Assembly: GCA_945835885.1 (NCBI GenBank) | Contig: CAMAJR010000002.1 | Span: forward strand, 1 to 58,796 | Source: an uncultured Alphaproteobacteria bacterium | GTDB taxonomy: Bacteria; Pseudomonadota; Alphaproteobacteria; RF32; CAG-239 | Direction: 5' to 3' | Length of the DNA stretch: 58,796 nt | In this document: piece after piece, positions 37,733-47,251 of the stretch | Layout: every line of letters starts with the position of its first letter | Position numbering within the stretch: position 1 is the stretch's first letter | Position numbers and translations under genes: made by a program | Notes under the pieces: generated by a model | Told to the model about the DNA's origin: nothing | The model's input: the letters and a program-made list of their open reading frames with translations, nothing else | The model's database searches: none

Positions 37733-37834
37733 ACGGTTCTGAGGGCGATTTTGCGTAAAATTTTCAAAAATTGCTTGCAAAATCCGTTTTATGCGTTTAT
37801 ACCATAGCCAAGTTATAACTTGTTTGAGGTTTTT

Positions 37835-38059
37835 ATGAGCAAAGAAGAATTGATTGAATTGACCGGCGAAGTCGTCGAAAAATTACCGAACGCCATGTTT
37901 CGCGTCAAGCTTGAAAACGGGGTGGAAATTTTGGCGCATACAGCCGGTAAAATGCGTAAGTTCCGTATTCGCGTGATGGTCGGCGATAAGGTGGATATTG
38001 AAATGACGCCGTATGATTTGACTAAAGGGCGCATAACGTTCCGCCATAAAGACGCATAG
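37835..38059 (+). CDS. infA: Translation initiation factor IF-1
   Basis: 74 aa. [67 protein letters not shown] is near-consensus IF-1. GAGG SD. Confidence 0.97.
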   Translation: MSKEELIELTGEVVEKLPNAMFRVKLENGVEILAHTAGKMRKFRIRVMVGDKVDIEMTPYDLTKGRITFRHKDA

Positions 38060-38070
38060 TATGATTTTAG

Positions 38071-38092
38071 GCCGCACAATGCGGCTTTTTTT
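38071..38092 (+). terminator. infA terminator
   Basis: GCCGC-acaat-GCGGC followed by TTTTTTT. Confidence 0.6.
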
Positions 38093-38224
38093 ATTTGGCT
38101 TTATTTTAAATTTGTGAAGTTTAATAACTTAACGTATTGGCAAAAATATTCTATACTATGTGTATAGAAAGGTGTTATATGGAAAAGGCGCACGATAAAT
38201 TGAAGAAATAAGGCACAATATGAG

Positions 38225-38266
38225 AAAGAAAAAGACCGCTCTTAAAAATAAGAACGGTCGTTTTTT
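38225..38266. terminator. Bidirectional intrinsic terminator
   Basis: GACCGCTCTTA-aaaa-TAAGAACGGTC (10 of 11 bp) flanked by an A-run and GTTTTTT. Sits 32 nt downstream of the stop of minus-strand gene 38298-38660. Confidence 0.65.
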
Positions 38267-38297
38267 CATATACATACTTCATTTTTGAGTTTCATTG

Positions 38298-38660
38298 TTA
38301 TTTTCGAAACCACCAATGAATAACCCAAATGAAACATCGCAGAGCATTATAGGTCAGTGCCCAAGTTATGCCGAACATCATAAGTCCGATTGCGGGAAAC
38401 AATATAAAATTAAATGCTTTCCCCGTCCAATCCGCTCGGTTCGGAAAATCTACAAATAGGCAGAGAATTACACCTACTGTGAACAGAACTCTATTTATAA
38501 TTTGAGCTTGGTAGGTGTTGTATGACAACAAGTCAAGCTTCAGCGCATCTTTCCAATCGGAATCGAGTGCGGCAAACAGACCCATAACACAACCGATAAA
38601 GACAACCAGCTGTCCGATGGCTGTTTCCATCATAAGAGTGTATAACACCATAATTTGCAA
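38298..38660 (-). CDS. Hypothetical membrane protein (~117-120 aa, 4 predicted TM)
   Basis: Hydrophobic ORF. The probable ATG is at 38651. No clear SD and no motif recognised. Confidence 0.5.
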   Translation of the reverse strand: MQIMVLYTLMMETAIGQLVVFIGCVMGLFAALDSDWKDALKLDLLSYNTYQAQIINRVLFTVGVILCLFVDFPNRADWTGKAFNFILFPAIGLMMFGITWALTYNALRCFIWVIHWWFRK

Positions 38661-38738
38661 TTTTTTATAATTTTAGTGATTTTTTTCAAATGAAGTTCCA
38701 CCCTCTCAAAAAGAAAGAGCGGAACTCCGTTTCAGAGC

Positions 38739-39245
38739 TTATTCCTTAGTCGGTTGGGGAGCGCTTTTAGAACGTTTTTCGTTCTGCTGCCAGTAGACAC
38801 CGGTTTCGCGTGCACCCGAAATAAACAAGAAAAGAGCCGTTGCGCCGTGCAAGAAATTCCACTCAACCGGACGAAAGTTCGCAAAGGGAATAACCAGCAT
38901 ATTAACGGCGTAACCAATGACGAGGCACCAGCCGACACAGGGCACCCAGATTCGTTCTTTAAGAATTTCTTCTGCGGTTTCCTGTTGCTTTTTGGTCATC
39001 GGTTTTAAGTCGGGAAGATACTTGAACCGCATCAACACAATCTCGCGCAAAGAAGCAAGACCTGAGATGATAAATGCCGCCCAAATCAGTTCTTTACTCT
39101 CTATCGGTGTGCAAACTTCGACAAACGGCGCAATGGCGCAATTGACGAAAAACCCGAGACCGATGACTGTGCCGAGGCCAACCATCCAAAGGTGCGAAGT
39201 TTGTATTTTAACATCCTTTCGCAACAAATTTGTAATTTTTTCCAT
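38739..39245 (-). CDS. Hypothetical membrane protein (168 aa)
   Basis: ORF with about 4 TM helices and a basic C-terminal tail. No clear SD and no motif recognised. Confidence 0.5.
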   Translation of the reverse strand: MEKITNLLRKDVKIQTSHLWMVGLGTVIGLGFFVNCAIAPFVEVCTPIESKELIWAAFIISGLASLREIVLMRFKYLPDLKPMTKKQQETAEEILKERIWVPCVGWCLVIGYAVNMLVIPFANFRPVEWNFLHGATALFLFISGARETGVYWQQNEKRSKSAPQPTKE

Positions 39246-39376
39246 ACGCGATATATAAATGATTTGTAATTGTAGAGTTATGTTATGCTATATCGAAAAT
39301 TTTGTCAAGATGTTTTGTGTTAATAAGTGCTTGAAAGCGGCACAAAATACATATATAAATGCGAAAGAGAGGGAAA

Positions 39377-39916
39377 ATGGTCAGTCTTTGGAAATTATAT
39401 ACACTGTTTTTTAAAATGGGGCTGTTCACGTTTGGCGGCGGTTATGCTATGTTGCCGATTTTGCAAAAAGAGGCGGTTGAAAAGCAAAAATGGATAACCG
39501 AGGAGGAATTGCTGAATTACTACTCCATCGGACAATGCACACCGGGTATAATTGCCGTGAATGCCGCATCGTTTATCGGTTATAAACTGCGTAAAATCGG
39601 CGGACTTATCAGTGCGACGCTCGGGGTGATTTCGCCGTCGCTTATCATTATTGTTTTGGTGGCGGCGCTCTTGCGGCAATATATGGATAATCCGTATGTG
39701 CAACAGGCGTTTGACGGAATCCGTATTTGTGTGATTGCACTGATTATCAATACGGTCTGGAATATGTGGCAAAAGGGCGTTAAAAATGCGCGCGGCTATA
39801 TTGTTTTTGCCGCGGCGGCTGTGCTTTTGTGGTGCTTTAATCTGTCGGCGATTGCGGTGGTGATTTTAGCGGCTGCGGCATCGCTTATCCCTGACTGGCG
39901 GAGGAGCAAAAAATGA
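39377..39916 (+). CDS. chrA: Chromate transporter family protein (short CHR, N-half type)
   Basis: FFKMGLFTFGGGYAMLPILQKE is the CHR-family signature. GAGAGGGAAA SD. The stop overlaps the next start (ATGA). Confidence 0.85.
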   Translation: MVSLWKLYTLFFKMGLFTFGGGYAMLPILQKEAVEKQKWITEEELLNYYSIGQCTPGIIAVNAASFIGYKLRKIGGLISATLGVISPSLIIIVLVAALLRQYMDNPYVQQAFDGIRICVIALIINTVWNMWQKGVKNARGYIVFAAAAVLLWCFNLSAIAVVILAAAASLIPDWRRSKK

Positions 39917-40431
39917 TATATGCGCTTCTGTGTTACGAATTTTTCAAAATCGGATTGTTTGCCGTCGGCGGCGGTTTGGTGACGGTGCCGTTTTTGTTTG
40001 ATTTGTCAGAAAAATACGGTTGGTTTTCTACGACTGAATTGGCGGATATGATTGCCGTTTCACAGTCAACACCGGGGCCGGTCGGAATCAATATGGCAAC
40101 ATACGTCGGTTTTAAGGTTGCCGGCTTGGGAGGTGCATTGGCGGCAACATTGAGCGAAGTTCTGCCCTCGATGATTGTGGTTTATCTGATAGCGCGCGCA
40201 CTTGCAAAATGGCAAAATAATTCGCGTCTCGATAAAGTTCTTGCCGGTATTCGTCCGGCGGTTTTAAGCTTGATTTTATTCGCCGGATGGGGTATAGCTA
40301 AAGAAACAATTACCGATTATAAGTCGTTAGCGGTTATGCTCGGATTGCTTGCGGCTATGCGCTTGCTTAAAAAAAGTCCGATTTATTTTATTGCGGCATC
40401 GGCGGTTATCGGTTTGGTTTTGCATATTTGA
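39913..40431 (+). CDS. chrA: Chromate transporter family protein (short CHR, C-half type)
   Basis: FFKIGLFAVGGGLVTVPFL and SQSTPGPVGIN motifs. The paired short CHR genes are translationally coupled. Confidence 0.85.
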   Translation: MIYALLCYEFFKIGLFAVGGGLVTVPFLFDLSEKYGWFSTTELADMIAVSQSTPGPVGINMATYVGFKVAGLGGALAATLSEVLPSMIVVYLIARALAKWQNNSRLDKVLAGIRPAVLSLILFAGWGIAKETITDYKSLAVMLGLLAAMRLLKKSPIYFIAASAVIGLVLHI

Positions 40432-40441
40432 GGGAGGGATT

Positions 40442-41458
40442 ATGACGGAAACGGTTTATGATGTGGTCGGTATCGGTAATGCGATTGTCGATGTGTTGGC
40501 AAAAGTTGGCGATACATTTTTGATTGAACGCGGTTTGGACAAGGGCTCAATGACATTGGTTGAGGCGCTTGAAGCCGGCAAAATATATGCGGACGTTATA
40601 CCGGAATTACAGGTTTCGGGCGGTTCTGCGGCAAACACTGTTTCCGGTATGGCATCGCTCGGTGCCGATTGTGCTTATATCGGTAAAGTACACGATGACG
40701 AGTTGGGGCAACTGTTTCAGCGCAATATTGCAATGGCCGGTATTGACTTTTTTACGCCGCCGTTGACCGAAGGACCGGCGACCGGTCGCAGTGTGGTTTT
40801 GGTAACACCTGATGCCGAGCGTTCTATGTTCACCTATTTGGGGGCGGCGCGTAAATTAACCGAATCCGATATTGACGAAAAAACCATCAGCGAATCGAAG
40901 TTTTTGTTCTTAGAGGGTTATTTGTGGGATGAACCGAGTGAGCAACAAGCAATGCTTAAAGCGTGCGAATTGGCACATAAACACGGGCGAGAAATTGCGT
41001 TCAGCGTTTCAGCAAAATCGTGTATTCAAAAGCATCGTGAGAGTATGCTCAAAATGATTACCGACCATATCGATATTTTATTTGCCAATGAAGAAGAATT
41101 GAAACTTTTGTTTGAAACAGAGGATTTGGAAACAGCACTTGATGCAATTAAGCCATTGGTTAATATTGCAGCTATAACGCGCGACAGTCGCGGTTCGGTT
41201 GTTGTTCACGGGCGAGAAAAGATTTTTGTGGAGGCTGAAAAAATCGAAAATGTGGTTGATTCAACCGGTGCCGGTGATTTATATGCCGCCGGATTTTTAT
41301 TCGGTTTGAGCCGCGGGCGCAGTTTAGGCACTTGCGCCACCATTGGCGGAATCACCGCGGCGGAAGTAATTACGCACTACGGGGCACGACCGGAAGTTTC
41401 GCTCCGCGGTTTGGTGCGTCATCGGCTGATTGAATACGGCAAACGCGCCAATACTTGA
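40442..41458 (+). CDS. PfkB-family carbohydrate/nucleoside kinase (adenosine kinase-like)
   Basis: 338 aa counted from the ATG behind a GGGAGGG SD. GIGNAIVDV N-terminus, GGSAANT and DSTGAGDLYAAGFLFG motifs. Confidence 0.85.
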   Translation: MTETVYDVVGIGNAIVDVLAKVGDTFLIERGLDKGSMTLVEALEAGKIYADVIPELQVSGGSAANTVSGMASLGADCAYIGKVHDDELGQLFQRNIAMAGIDFFTPPLTEGPATGRSVVLVTPDAERSMFTYLGAARKLTESDIDEKTISESKFLFLEGYLWDEPSEQQAMLKACELAHKHGREIAFSVSAKSCIQKHRESMLKMITDHIDILFANEEELKLLFETEDLETALDAIKPLVNIAAITRDSRGSVVVHGREKIFVEAEKIENVVDSTGAGDLYAAGFLFGLSRGRSLGTCATIGGITAAEVITHYGARPEVSLRGLVRHRLIEYGKRANT

Positions 41459-41546
41459 CATTGCGGAAGAGATATGGTATACACGCAATACAAAGAAACA
41501 ATTGTGTGATTATTCTATTGAACACTAAATATTAAATTTTAAGCGT

Positions 41547-42557
41547 ATGGAACTGAAAAGAGCAGAAATTATCCGTTTGTTGTCAGATGAACAAAATCAA
41601 GACGATTTGTTTAGGCAGGCTGATGAGGTGCGGCGGCAGTATGTCGGCGACGAGGTGCATTTGCGCGGACTTATCGAGTTTTCAAACATTTGTCGCAACA
41701 ACTGTATGTATTGCGGGATTCGGCGTGATAATTCGCAGCTTAAACGCTATCGGATGAATGAAGAAGAACTGATAGATACGGCACGCAAGGCGGCTGAAAT
41801 GGGCTTTAAGACGATTGTGATGCAGTCGGGGGAAGATGTGTGGTTTTCACGCGAGCGAATGTGCCGCATTATTGAGCAAATAAAGAAGTTTGACGTGGCA
41901 ATAACGCTTTCGGTCGGCGAACGCCCGTATGAGGATTATAAGGTGTGGTTTGATGCCGGTGCCGACCGGTATTTAATCCGCATTGAAACAACAGATAAAG
42001 ACCTCTATCATCGGCTTGACCCAAATATGAGCTGGCAAAATCGGCACGAATGCCTGATGGCACTCAAAGAAATCGGTTACGAGCTCGGTTCGGGGATTAT
42101 GGTCGGGTTGCCGGAGCAGTCAATCGAATCAATTGCCGACGATTTGCTGTATTTAAAGGAAATCGGTGTGGATATGGCCGGTATCGGGCCGTTTATTCCG
42201 CACGCACAGACGCCGCTCAAAGATGCAAAAGGCGGCACGCTTGACTTGGCACGGCGCACTATGGCGATAATGCGCTTGTTGATGCCGGATATCAATATTC
42301 CGGCGACAACGGCGATGGAAAGTTTGCATCCGCGCGGGCGAATTTTGGCGTTGCAAAGCGGTGCAAACGTGGTGATGCCTAATGTGACGGAAGGTGAATA
42401 TCGCAAGCTCTATGAGTTGTATCCGGGCAAAATCTGCGTAGATGACACACCGCTTCATTGTAAAACCTGTATCGGTGCCAAAATTATGAGCATCGGGCGC
42501 AAGGTCGGTATGGGATATGGCGGACACGCCGGCCGTTTGCCGCACGGTGCGAAATAA
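41547..42557 (+). CDS. hydE: [FeFe]-hydrogenase maturase HydE (radical SAM)
   Basis: 336 aa, colinear with my recollection of T. maritima HydE: YVGDEVHLRGLIEFSN(I/V)CRNNC.YCG.RRDN..LKRYRM, IV.QSGED, GADRYL.R.ET, MVGLP.Q....DDLL.LKE, GIGPFIPH..TPL, IPATTAM, YPGKICV. Confidence 0.88.
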   Translation: MELKRAEIIRLLSDEQNQDDLFRQADEVRRQYVGDEVHLRGLIEFSNICRNNCMYCGIRRDNSQLKRYRMNEEELIDTARKAAEMGFKTIVMQSGEDVWFSRERMCRIIEQIKKFDVAITLSVGERPYEDYKVWFDAGADRYLIRIETTDKDLYHRLDPNMSWQNRHECLMALKEIGYELGSGIMVGLPEQSIESIADDLLYLKEIGVDMAGIGPFIPHAQTPLKDAKGGTLDLARRTMAIMRLLMPDINIPATTAMESLHPRGRILALQSGANVVMPNVTEGEYRKLYELYPGKICVDDTPLHCKTCIGAKIMSIGRKVGMGYGGHAGRLPHGAK

Positions 42558-42631
42558 AACTTGTAAAATCAGTTCGATTACACTACATTAAGTTCATAAA
42601 ACAATAATTATGAACTTAATACAGTATTATT

Positions 42632-42988
42632 ATGGAAGAAATGAAAATTATTATCTATTCGTTTATCAGTGCCGCCATTTTTCTGACACTGTTGACCTTA
42701 AGGTATGACTTGAACTGGAAGAAGAAAAATCCGTGGTGGCGTCAGAATGATTGGAAATTGCGTCTTTCTTCCGCCGAACAAGCTTATCGTCAAAGCGAGC
42801 GACAGAAACTTCATAATATTGTTATGGGGTGGTTGATTATGCTGTTTGTGATTCTCGGAACAATGATTTTGTCCTTGTCCGTAACAGCAAACGGTGGTTT
42901 TTCCGGTATCGGCAGTTATTGGTTCTATTTAGTGCCGTTTATCTGCGCGATTTTCCTCGGTATCATCGGAATCCAGCGTCGAAAGTAA
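42632..42988 (+). CDS. Hypothetical membrane protein (118 aa)
   Basis: Three hydrophobic helices and no SD. No motif recognised. Confidence 0.45.
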   Translation: MEEMKIIIYSFISAAIFLTLLTLRYDLNWKKKNPWWRQNDWKLRLSSAEQAYRQSERQKLHNIVMGWLIMLFVILGTMILSLSVTANGGFSGIGSYWFYLVPFICAIFLGIIGIQRRK

Positions 42989-42997
42989 CAACAAATT

Positions 42998-43030
42998 CCC
43001 TTTGTGTCAAAAGATGCAAAGGGGATTTTT
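42998..43030 (+). terminator. Intrinsic terminator
   Basis: CCCTTTG, 12-nt loop, CAAAGGG, then GATTTTT. Confidence 0.5.
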
Positions 43031-43121
43031 CTTATGGCACATTTGCTTTGCAGAAACGCAACAAAATACTTGCATCAAATATGTGTTTCGTGTAGCTTAA
43101 AAAGCAGCAAAGGATAAAAGA

Positions 43122-43775
43122 ATGATTGCAAAGTTACGCGGAATTATAGATACAATCGGTGAAGATTCGTGCATTATTGATGTCAACGGTGTCGGCTATC
43201 AGGTGGCAGCGTCGGCAAAAACACTCGGTAAGCTCAATGTGGGAACGGAAACGACGTTGTTGACGATTATGACCGTGCGCGAGGATGATATTTCGTTGTT
43301 CGGGTTTGCCGATGTGTGGGAAAAAGAGTGGTTTAACACGCTGACCAAAGTGCAAGGTGTGGGAGCCAAAGTTTGTCTGAGCATTCTGTCTGTTCTAACT
43401 CCGACACAACTTTCACAAGCCATCAGCGCACAAGATAAAGCGTCTTTTTGTCGTGCTTCCGGTGTCGGACCAAAATTGGCGGCGCGCATTGTGACCGAAC
43501 TTAAAGATAAAATCGTGACGGTGCCGGTCGCGGTCAGTAACAGTCAACCGATGTCGGTTGCTAAAGAAAACGCGCCGGTTGAACTTAAAGAATTGCCGGC
43601 AAGCGATGCCGATTACGGCAAAAATGAAGACGTGACATCTGCTTTGATTAACCTCGGCTATCAGCGGTTGGAGGCGTATCGCGCGGCAAGTAAGGTTGTG
43701 GCGGAAAATCCGGAGGCAAATATTGCAACATTGATTCGCTTGGCGCTTAAAGAATTTGTCAATAAGGATATGTAA
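43122..43775 (+). CDS. ruvA: Holliday junction branch migration complex subunit RuvA
   Basis: 217 aa with [15 protein letters not shown] and two HhH motifs (L..V.GVG.K.A, GVGPKLA.RIV.ELK). Confidence 0.93.
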   Translation: MIAKLRGIIDTIGEDSCIIDVNGVGYQVAASAKTLGKLNVGTETTLLTIMTVREDDISLFGFADVWEKEWFNTLTKVQGVGAKVCLSILSVLTPTQLSQAISAQDKASFCRASGVGPKLAARIVTELKDKIVTVPVAVSNSQPMSVAKENAPVELKELPASDADYGKNEDVTSALINLGYQRLEAYRAASKVVAENPEANIATLIRLALKEFVNKDM

Positions 43776-43777
43776 TT

Positions 43778-44836
43778 ATGAAAGAAGATGCCAGAATTGT
43801 CAGCCCGCAAGCACAGCCGGAAGATGCACAGGTCGGTAATAATCCGGTGAGTTTGCGTCCGGCATCGCTTAAAGATTTTGTCGGACAACGCGAAGTCTGC
43901 GATAATCTGAAAGTGTTTATCGAAGCGGCAAAACAGCGTGGCGAAGCGCTTGACCACGTTTTGTTGTTCGGCCCTCCGGGACTCGGTAAAACAACATTAT
44001 CATCAATTGTGGCCAAAGAACTTGGTGTAAATTTCAGAGCCACTTCCGCGCCGATGATTTCAAAATCGGGTGATTTAGCGGCAATCCTAACGAATTTGGA
44101 ACGCAACGATGTGTTGTTTATTGATGAAATTCATCGTTTGAATCCGGCTATTGAGGAAGTTCTTTATTCGGCAATGGAGGATTTTCAGCTTGATTTGATT
44201 ATCGGCGAAGGTCCGTCGGCACGCTCGGTGCGAATCGATTTGCAACCGTTCACGTTGGTTGGTGCGACCACGCGCTCCGGTTTGCTTTCAACACCGTTGC
44301 GTGAGCGTTTTGGGATTCCTTTGCGGCTTGATTTTTACAGTCACGAGGATTTGAAAAAAATCGTGCAACGCGGAGCAAATTTGCTCAATATCGAGATTTC
44401 GGACGGCGGAGCGATGGAGATTGCCAAACGTTCTCGCGGAACACCGCGAATCGCCGGACGGCTGTTGCGTCGTGTGCGTGACTTTGGTGCGGTTTCGGAT
44501 AAAAAAATCATTGATGAAAAAATTTCTGATATGGCTTTGCGGCGGCTTGATGTGGACGACTTCGGGTTAGATAATTTTGACCGTCGTTACCTTAATTGCA
44601 TTGTCAATAATTACGGTGGCGGGCCGGTCGGTGCCGATACATTGGCGGCGGCACTTTCGGAAGAACGGGATACGATTGAGGAAGTTGTTGAGCCGTTTTT
44701 GCTTAAACTCGGCTTTTTGCAACGCACACCGCGCGGACGTGTGATTTCTCAGCTCGGTTATAAGTATTTGGGGATTAAAATACCGCAAAAACCGAGTAAG
44801 CAGTATGATTTATTGACGGGGGAAGTTGATGACTGA
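43778..44836 (+). CDS. ruvB: Holliday junction branch migration ATPase RuvB
   Basis: 352 aa with LRP..L.DF.GQ, Walker [26 protein letters not shown] and [15 protein letters not shown] motifs. Confidence 0.97.
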   Translation: MKEDARIVSPQAQPEDAQVGNNPVSLRPASLKDFVGQREVCDNLKVFIEAAKQRGEALDHVLLFGPPGLGKTTLSSIVAKELGVNFRATSAPMISKSGDLAAILTNLERNDVLFIDEIHRLNPAIEEVLYSAMEDFQLDLIIGEGPSARSVRIDLQPFTLVGATTRSGLLSTPLRERFGIPLRLDFYSHEDLKKIVQRGANLLNIEISDGGAMEIAKRSRGTPRIAGRLLRRVRDFGAVSDKKIIDEKISDMALRRLDVDDFGLDNFDRRYLNCIVNNYGGGPVGADTLAAALSEERDTIEEVVEPFLLKLGFLQRTPRGRVISQLGYKYLGIKIPQKPSKQYDLLTGEVDD

Positions 44837-45281
44837 GTTCAATGTGTTGCCGGCAAAAGGCGAAATTATCGGTAAAATATTTGCGTTTCCGGTGCGGGTG
44901 TATTATGAAGATACGGATGCCGGCGGGATTGTGTATTATGCGAATTATCTGAAATTTGCTGAGCGGGCGCGCACCGAGTTTTTGCGGGCGCTTGCAGTGT
45001 GTCAACAAAAGGATTTGGAGCAAAATCAAACCGGTTTTGTGGTGCGCTCTTGCCATATCGAATATTTGCGCTCGGCTGTTTTGGACGATGCGCTGATTGT
45101 GACGTGCAAAGTGTTGGAGTGTGGCTCGGCAAGTGCAACGATTGCACAAGAAATTTTGCGTGGCGAAGAAGTGTTGGCAACTGTTGAAGTCAAGGTGGTT
45201 TATATGAATGTGGCAACGCATCGCCCGACACGGATTCCGGCGGAAATGACAGATAAATTCAAACAATTCGACGGTAAATAA
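44829..45281 (+). CDS. ybgC: YbgC-type 4HBT acyl-CoA thioesterase
   Basis: 150 aa with [15 protein letters not shown](Y/H)ANYLKF.ERAR.E motif. Conserved position after ruvB. Overlaps the ruvB stop. Confidence 0.85.
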   Translation: MTEFNVLPAKGEIIGKIFAFPVRVYYEDTDAGGIVYYANYLKFAERARTEFLRALAVCQQKDLEQNQTGFVVRSCHIEYLRSAVLDDALIVTCKVLECGSASATIAQEILRGEEVLATVEVKVVYMNVATHRPTRIPAEMTDKFKQFDGK

Positions 45282-45977
45282 GTGGATAAATCAACTGAAA
45301 AACAACAACGTTTTTTGCAATATGCCGCGTCACCGTATGCCGGTATCGACGGCGGTGACGAAGAGGCGGAATATTGGTTTGTCGGTATGGAATGGTCGGC
45401 GCGTGAAGATTTTGCGGAAAGTTTTGAAAAATGGCAGAAGCAAGAGGGAAAGCCATATTCTACAAATGTTGATATTACGAAAGGTTCGTGGGCTTTTGAA
45501 AACCGATTGAACGATATTTACCAAAAATTATTGCCGCACAGAGCGCATGACAAAAATATCTTTGCCGAAAATTCAAACTCTTTTAAACTGAATCTGTTTC
45601 CGCTTTCGTTTTTGAATAACGGTGAAAAGGATAATTGGCAAAATGATGCGGCGGCGCAACAGACCGGTTTTGCCTCATTTGCCGAATATCAAAGAGCAGT
45701 TATACCGGCACGGCGCGAGCTTTTTTCCGCCTTGCTCAAAAAAAATAATAAGCCGAAAACGATTTTTTGTTTCGGTACCGGTTATTTGGAATATTTTGCG
45801 GCGGCTTTCGGGTTGAACGCCGATGCGTTTGTTAAGCAATCGACTTTGTTGGCGCGTGACTATCATTTTTATGTTGCGCGCGCAAACAATCCGTTGATTA
45901 AAAGGATTATTTTGTGTCCGTTTTATTTTGCCGACAGTGATATTAAACACATTGTAAATTGCGCGGAATCGGCATAA
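45282..45977 (+). CDS. Hypothetical protein (231 aa)
   Basis: GTG start immediately after the ybgC stop. Alternating beta-strand-like motifs (YWFVGMEW, FKLNLFPLSF, IFCFGTGY, IILCPFYF). No family recognised with confidence. Confidence 0.5.
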   Translation: MDKSTEKQQRFLQYAASPYAGIDGGDEEAEYWFVGMEWSAREDFAESFEKWQKQEGKPYSTNVDITKGSWAFENRLNDIYQKLLPHRAHDKNIFAENSNSFKLNLFPLSFLNNGEKDNWQNDAAAQQTGFASFAEYQRAVIPARRELFSALLKKNNKPKTIFCFGTGYLEYFAAAFGLNADAFVKQSTLLARDYHFYVARANNPLIKRIILCPFYFADSDIKHIVNCAESA

Positions 45978-45997
45978 AATTAAATCGGATTCATTTG

Positions 45998-46026
45998 TTG
46001 ACAAAAGTTGCAAATCAGCGTATAAT
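45998..46026 (+). promoter_or_regulatory. Consensus sigma70 promoter of the ankyrin-repeat gene
   Basis: TTGACA (45998-46003), exactly 17 nt, TATAAT (46021-46026). A GGAGAA SD and the ATG at 46058 follow. Confidence 0.65.
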
Positions 46027-46057
46027 TCTCTCTACTTGAACGAATGGAGAATAATAT

Positions 46058-46879
46058 ATGGCAGATTCCATAAAAAAACGTGTTAAACAAGCGGTTATCG
46101 GTGTTAAAAAGGCGGTGGAAGACAGAAGAGCTCAAAAAGCCGAACGTCAGCGGGTTAAGGCGCTGACTAAAGAACTGATTAATGCCGTTAAAAATCCCGA
46201 TGAAAACGCTGCGCAAAAAATTACCGATTTGGTAGCGCGCGGTGCTGACGTTAATACGTTTGATATGGATAACGAGCGCAGTTTGTTGCATTATGCCGCC
46301 GAGCAAAATCGGACGGATGTTGTTAAAGCATTGGTTGAAAACGGTTGTAAAAAATATATCAATGTGAATGATGTTCACGGTAAAGACCCTGCATTTTATG
46401 CGATTGATTATAATAATTCGGAAATGCTTGATTATTTGCTCTCAAACGGTGTTTCTGTCAACCGTCCGGCTGATTTTAATTTGGAGTCGTCTTTTCGGTA
46501 TGCCGTGCGTTCGGGGCACGTTAATTTGGCAGAAATCGAATTAAAACACGGGGCAGATATTAACGACCACGTCGGCGAAAGTTTTAAATTATATAACAAG
46601 TATGAAAAAACATATCCGGGGCCGACACCGCTTGCCGATGTTGTGAGCGGTAAAGATGTGCATAGCGATTCAACGATTCAGAAAAAATATGATATGGCGA
46701 TGATAGAGTTTTTGCTCAAAAACGGTGCACGCACAGACTTAAAAGATGCTTACGGACGCGATGTTAAACAAATTGAGAATATACCGGCGATTCACAAGAT
46801 TTTGATGGAAACACGAGCACCAAACAAGAGCGATATGACAATGTTGTCGGCTGCTAAAAATGCAAAAAGCATTGTCTGA
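46058..46879 (+). CDS. Ankyrin-repeat protein
   Basis: 273 aa with at least 4 ANK-like units (LLHYAAEQNRTDVVKALVENG; AFYAIDYNNSEMLDYLLSNGVSVN; FRYAVRSGHVNLAEIELKHGADIN; MIEFLLKNGARTDLKD). No signal peptide. Confidence 0.8.
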   Translation: MADSIKKRVKQAVIGVKKAVEDRRAQKAERQRVKALTKELINAVKNPDENAAQKITDLVARGADVNTFDMDNERSLLHYAAEQNRTDVVKALVENGCKKYINVNDVHGKDPAFYAIDYNNSEMLDYLLSNGVSVNRPADFNLESSFRYAVRSGHVNLAEIELKHGADINDHVGESFKLYNKYEKTYPGPTPLADVVSGKDVHSDSTIQKKYDMAMIEFLLKNGARTDLKDAYGRDVKQIENIPAIHKILMETRAPNKSDMTMLSAAKNAKSIV

Positions 46880-47251
46880 TTCTGATTTTTTTTAATTTTC
46901 TGATAATTTTTGACAAAAATTATATTGCCAAGTGAAAAACTTTGTGTTAATATGTAAATGTTCTTAAAAAATTATTATAGCTTACGGATTATTAAATTAT
47001 TCGTGGAGGAAATCTGTTTTTCTCATCGCTATATTCTTAAGAACATTTTCAAGAAAAAATGTTTTCAATATAGTTAGTAGGAGGGGCCTGATTTATCTTA
47101 TCATACGCTGAATCCGTTTTTACAAACATCTGATTAATTCACTCAATATCTCCCGTAGAAGTATAGTAGCGGTCGAGGAGTGCGTTGTCAGGGGTTGTGT
47201 AAGAGCAGATTGTATGTGCGGATATTTTGGGAGCTGGCCTGCGTTTTTAAT

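Noticed and set aside
38180-38290. Tiny ORFs (10 aa and 22 aa) between infA and the membrane-protein genes as possible leader peptides or an sRNA.
   Set aside because: The hairpin inside them is best explained as the bidirectional terminator of the minus-strand membrane-protein unit. There is no SD or promoter support.
38298-39245. Holin or prophage remnant interpretation of the two small membrane proteins.
   Set aside because: No endolysin, integrase, capsid, tail or att-like repeats lie nearby, and the composition matches the surrounding genome.
42590-42620. 11-bp AT-rich inverted repeat TAAGTTCATAA / TTATGAACTTA after hydE as a regulatory palindrome.
   Set aside because: It is most simply a weak terminator or stem-loop between hydE and the next ORF. 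It is AT-only and too weakly supported to call a feature.
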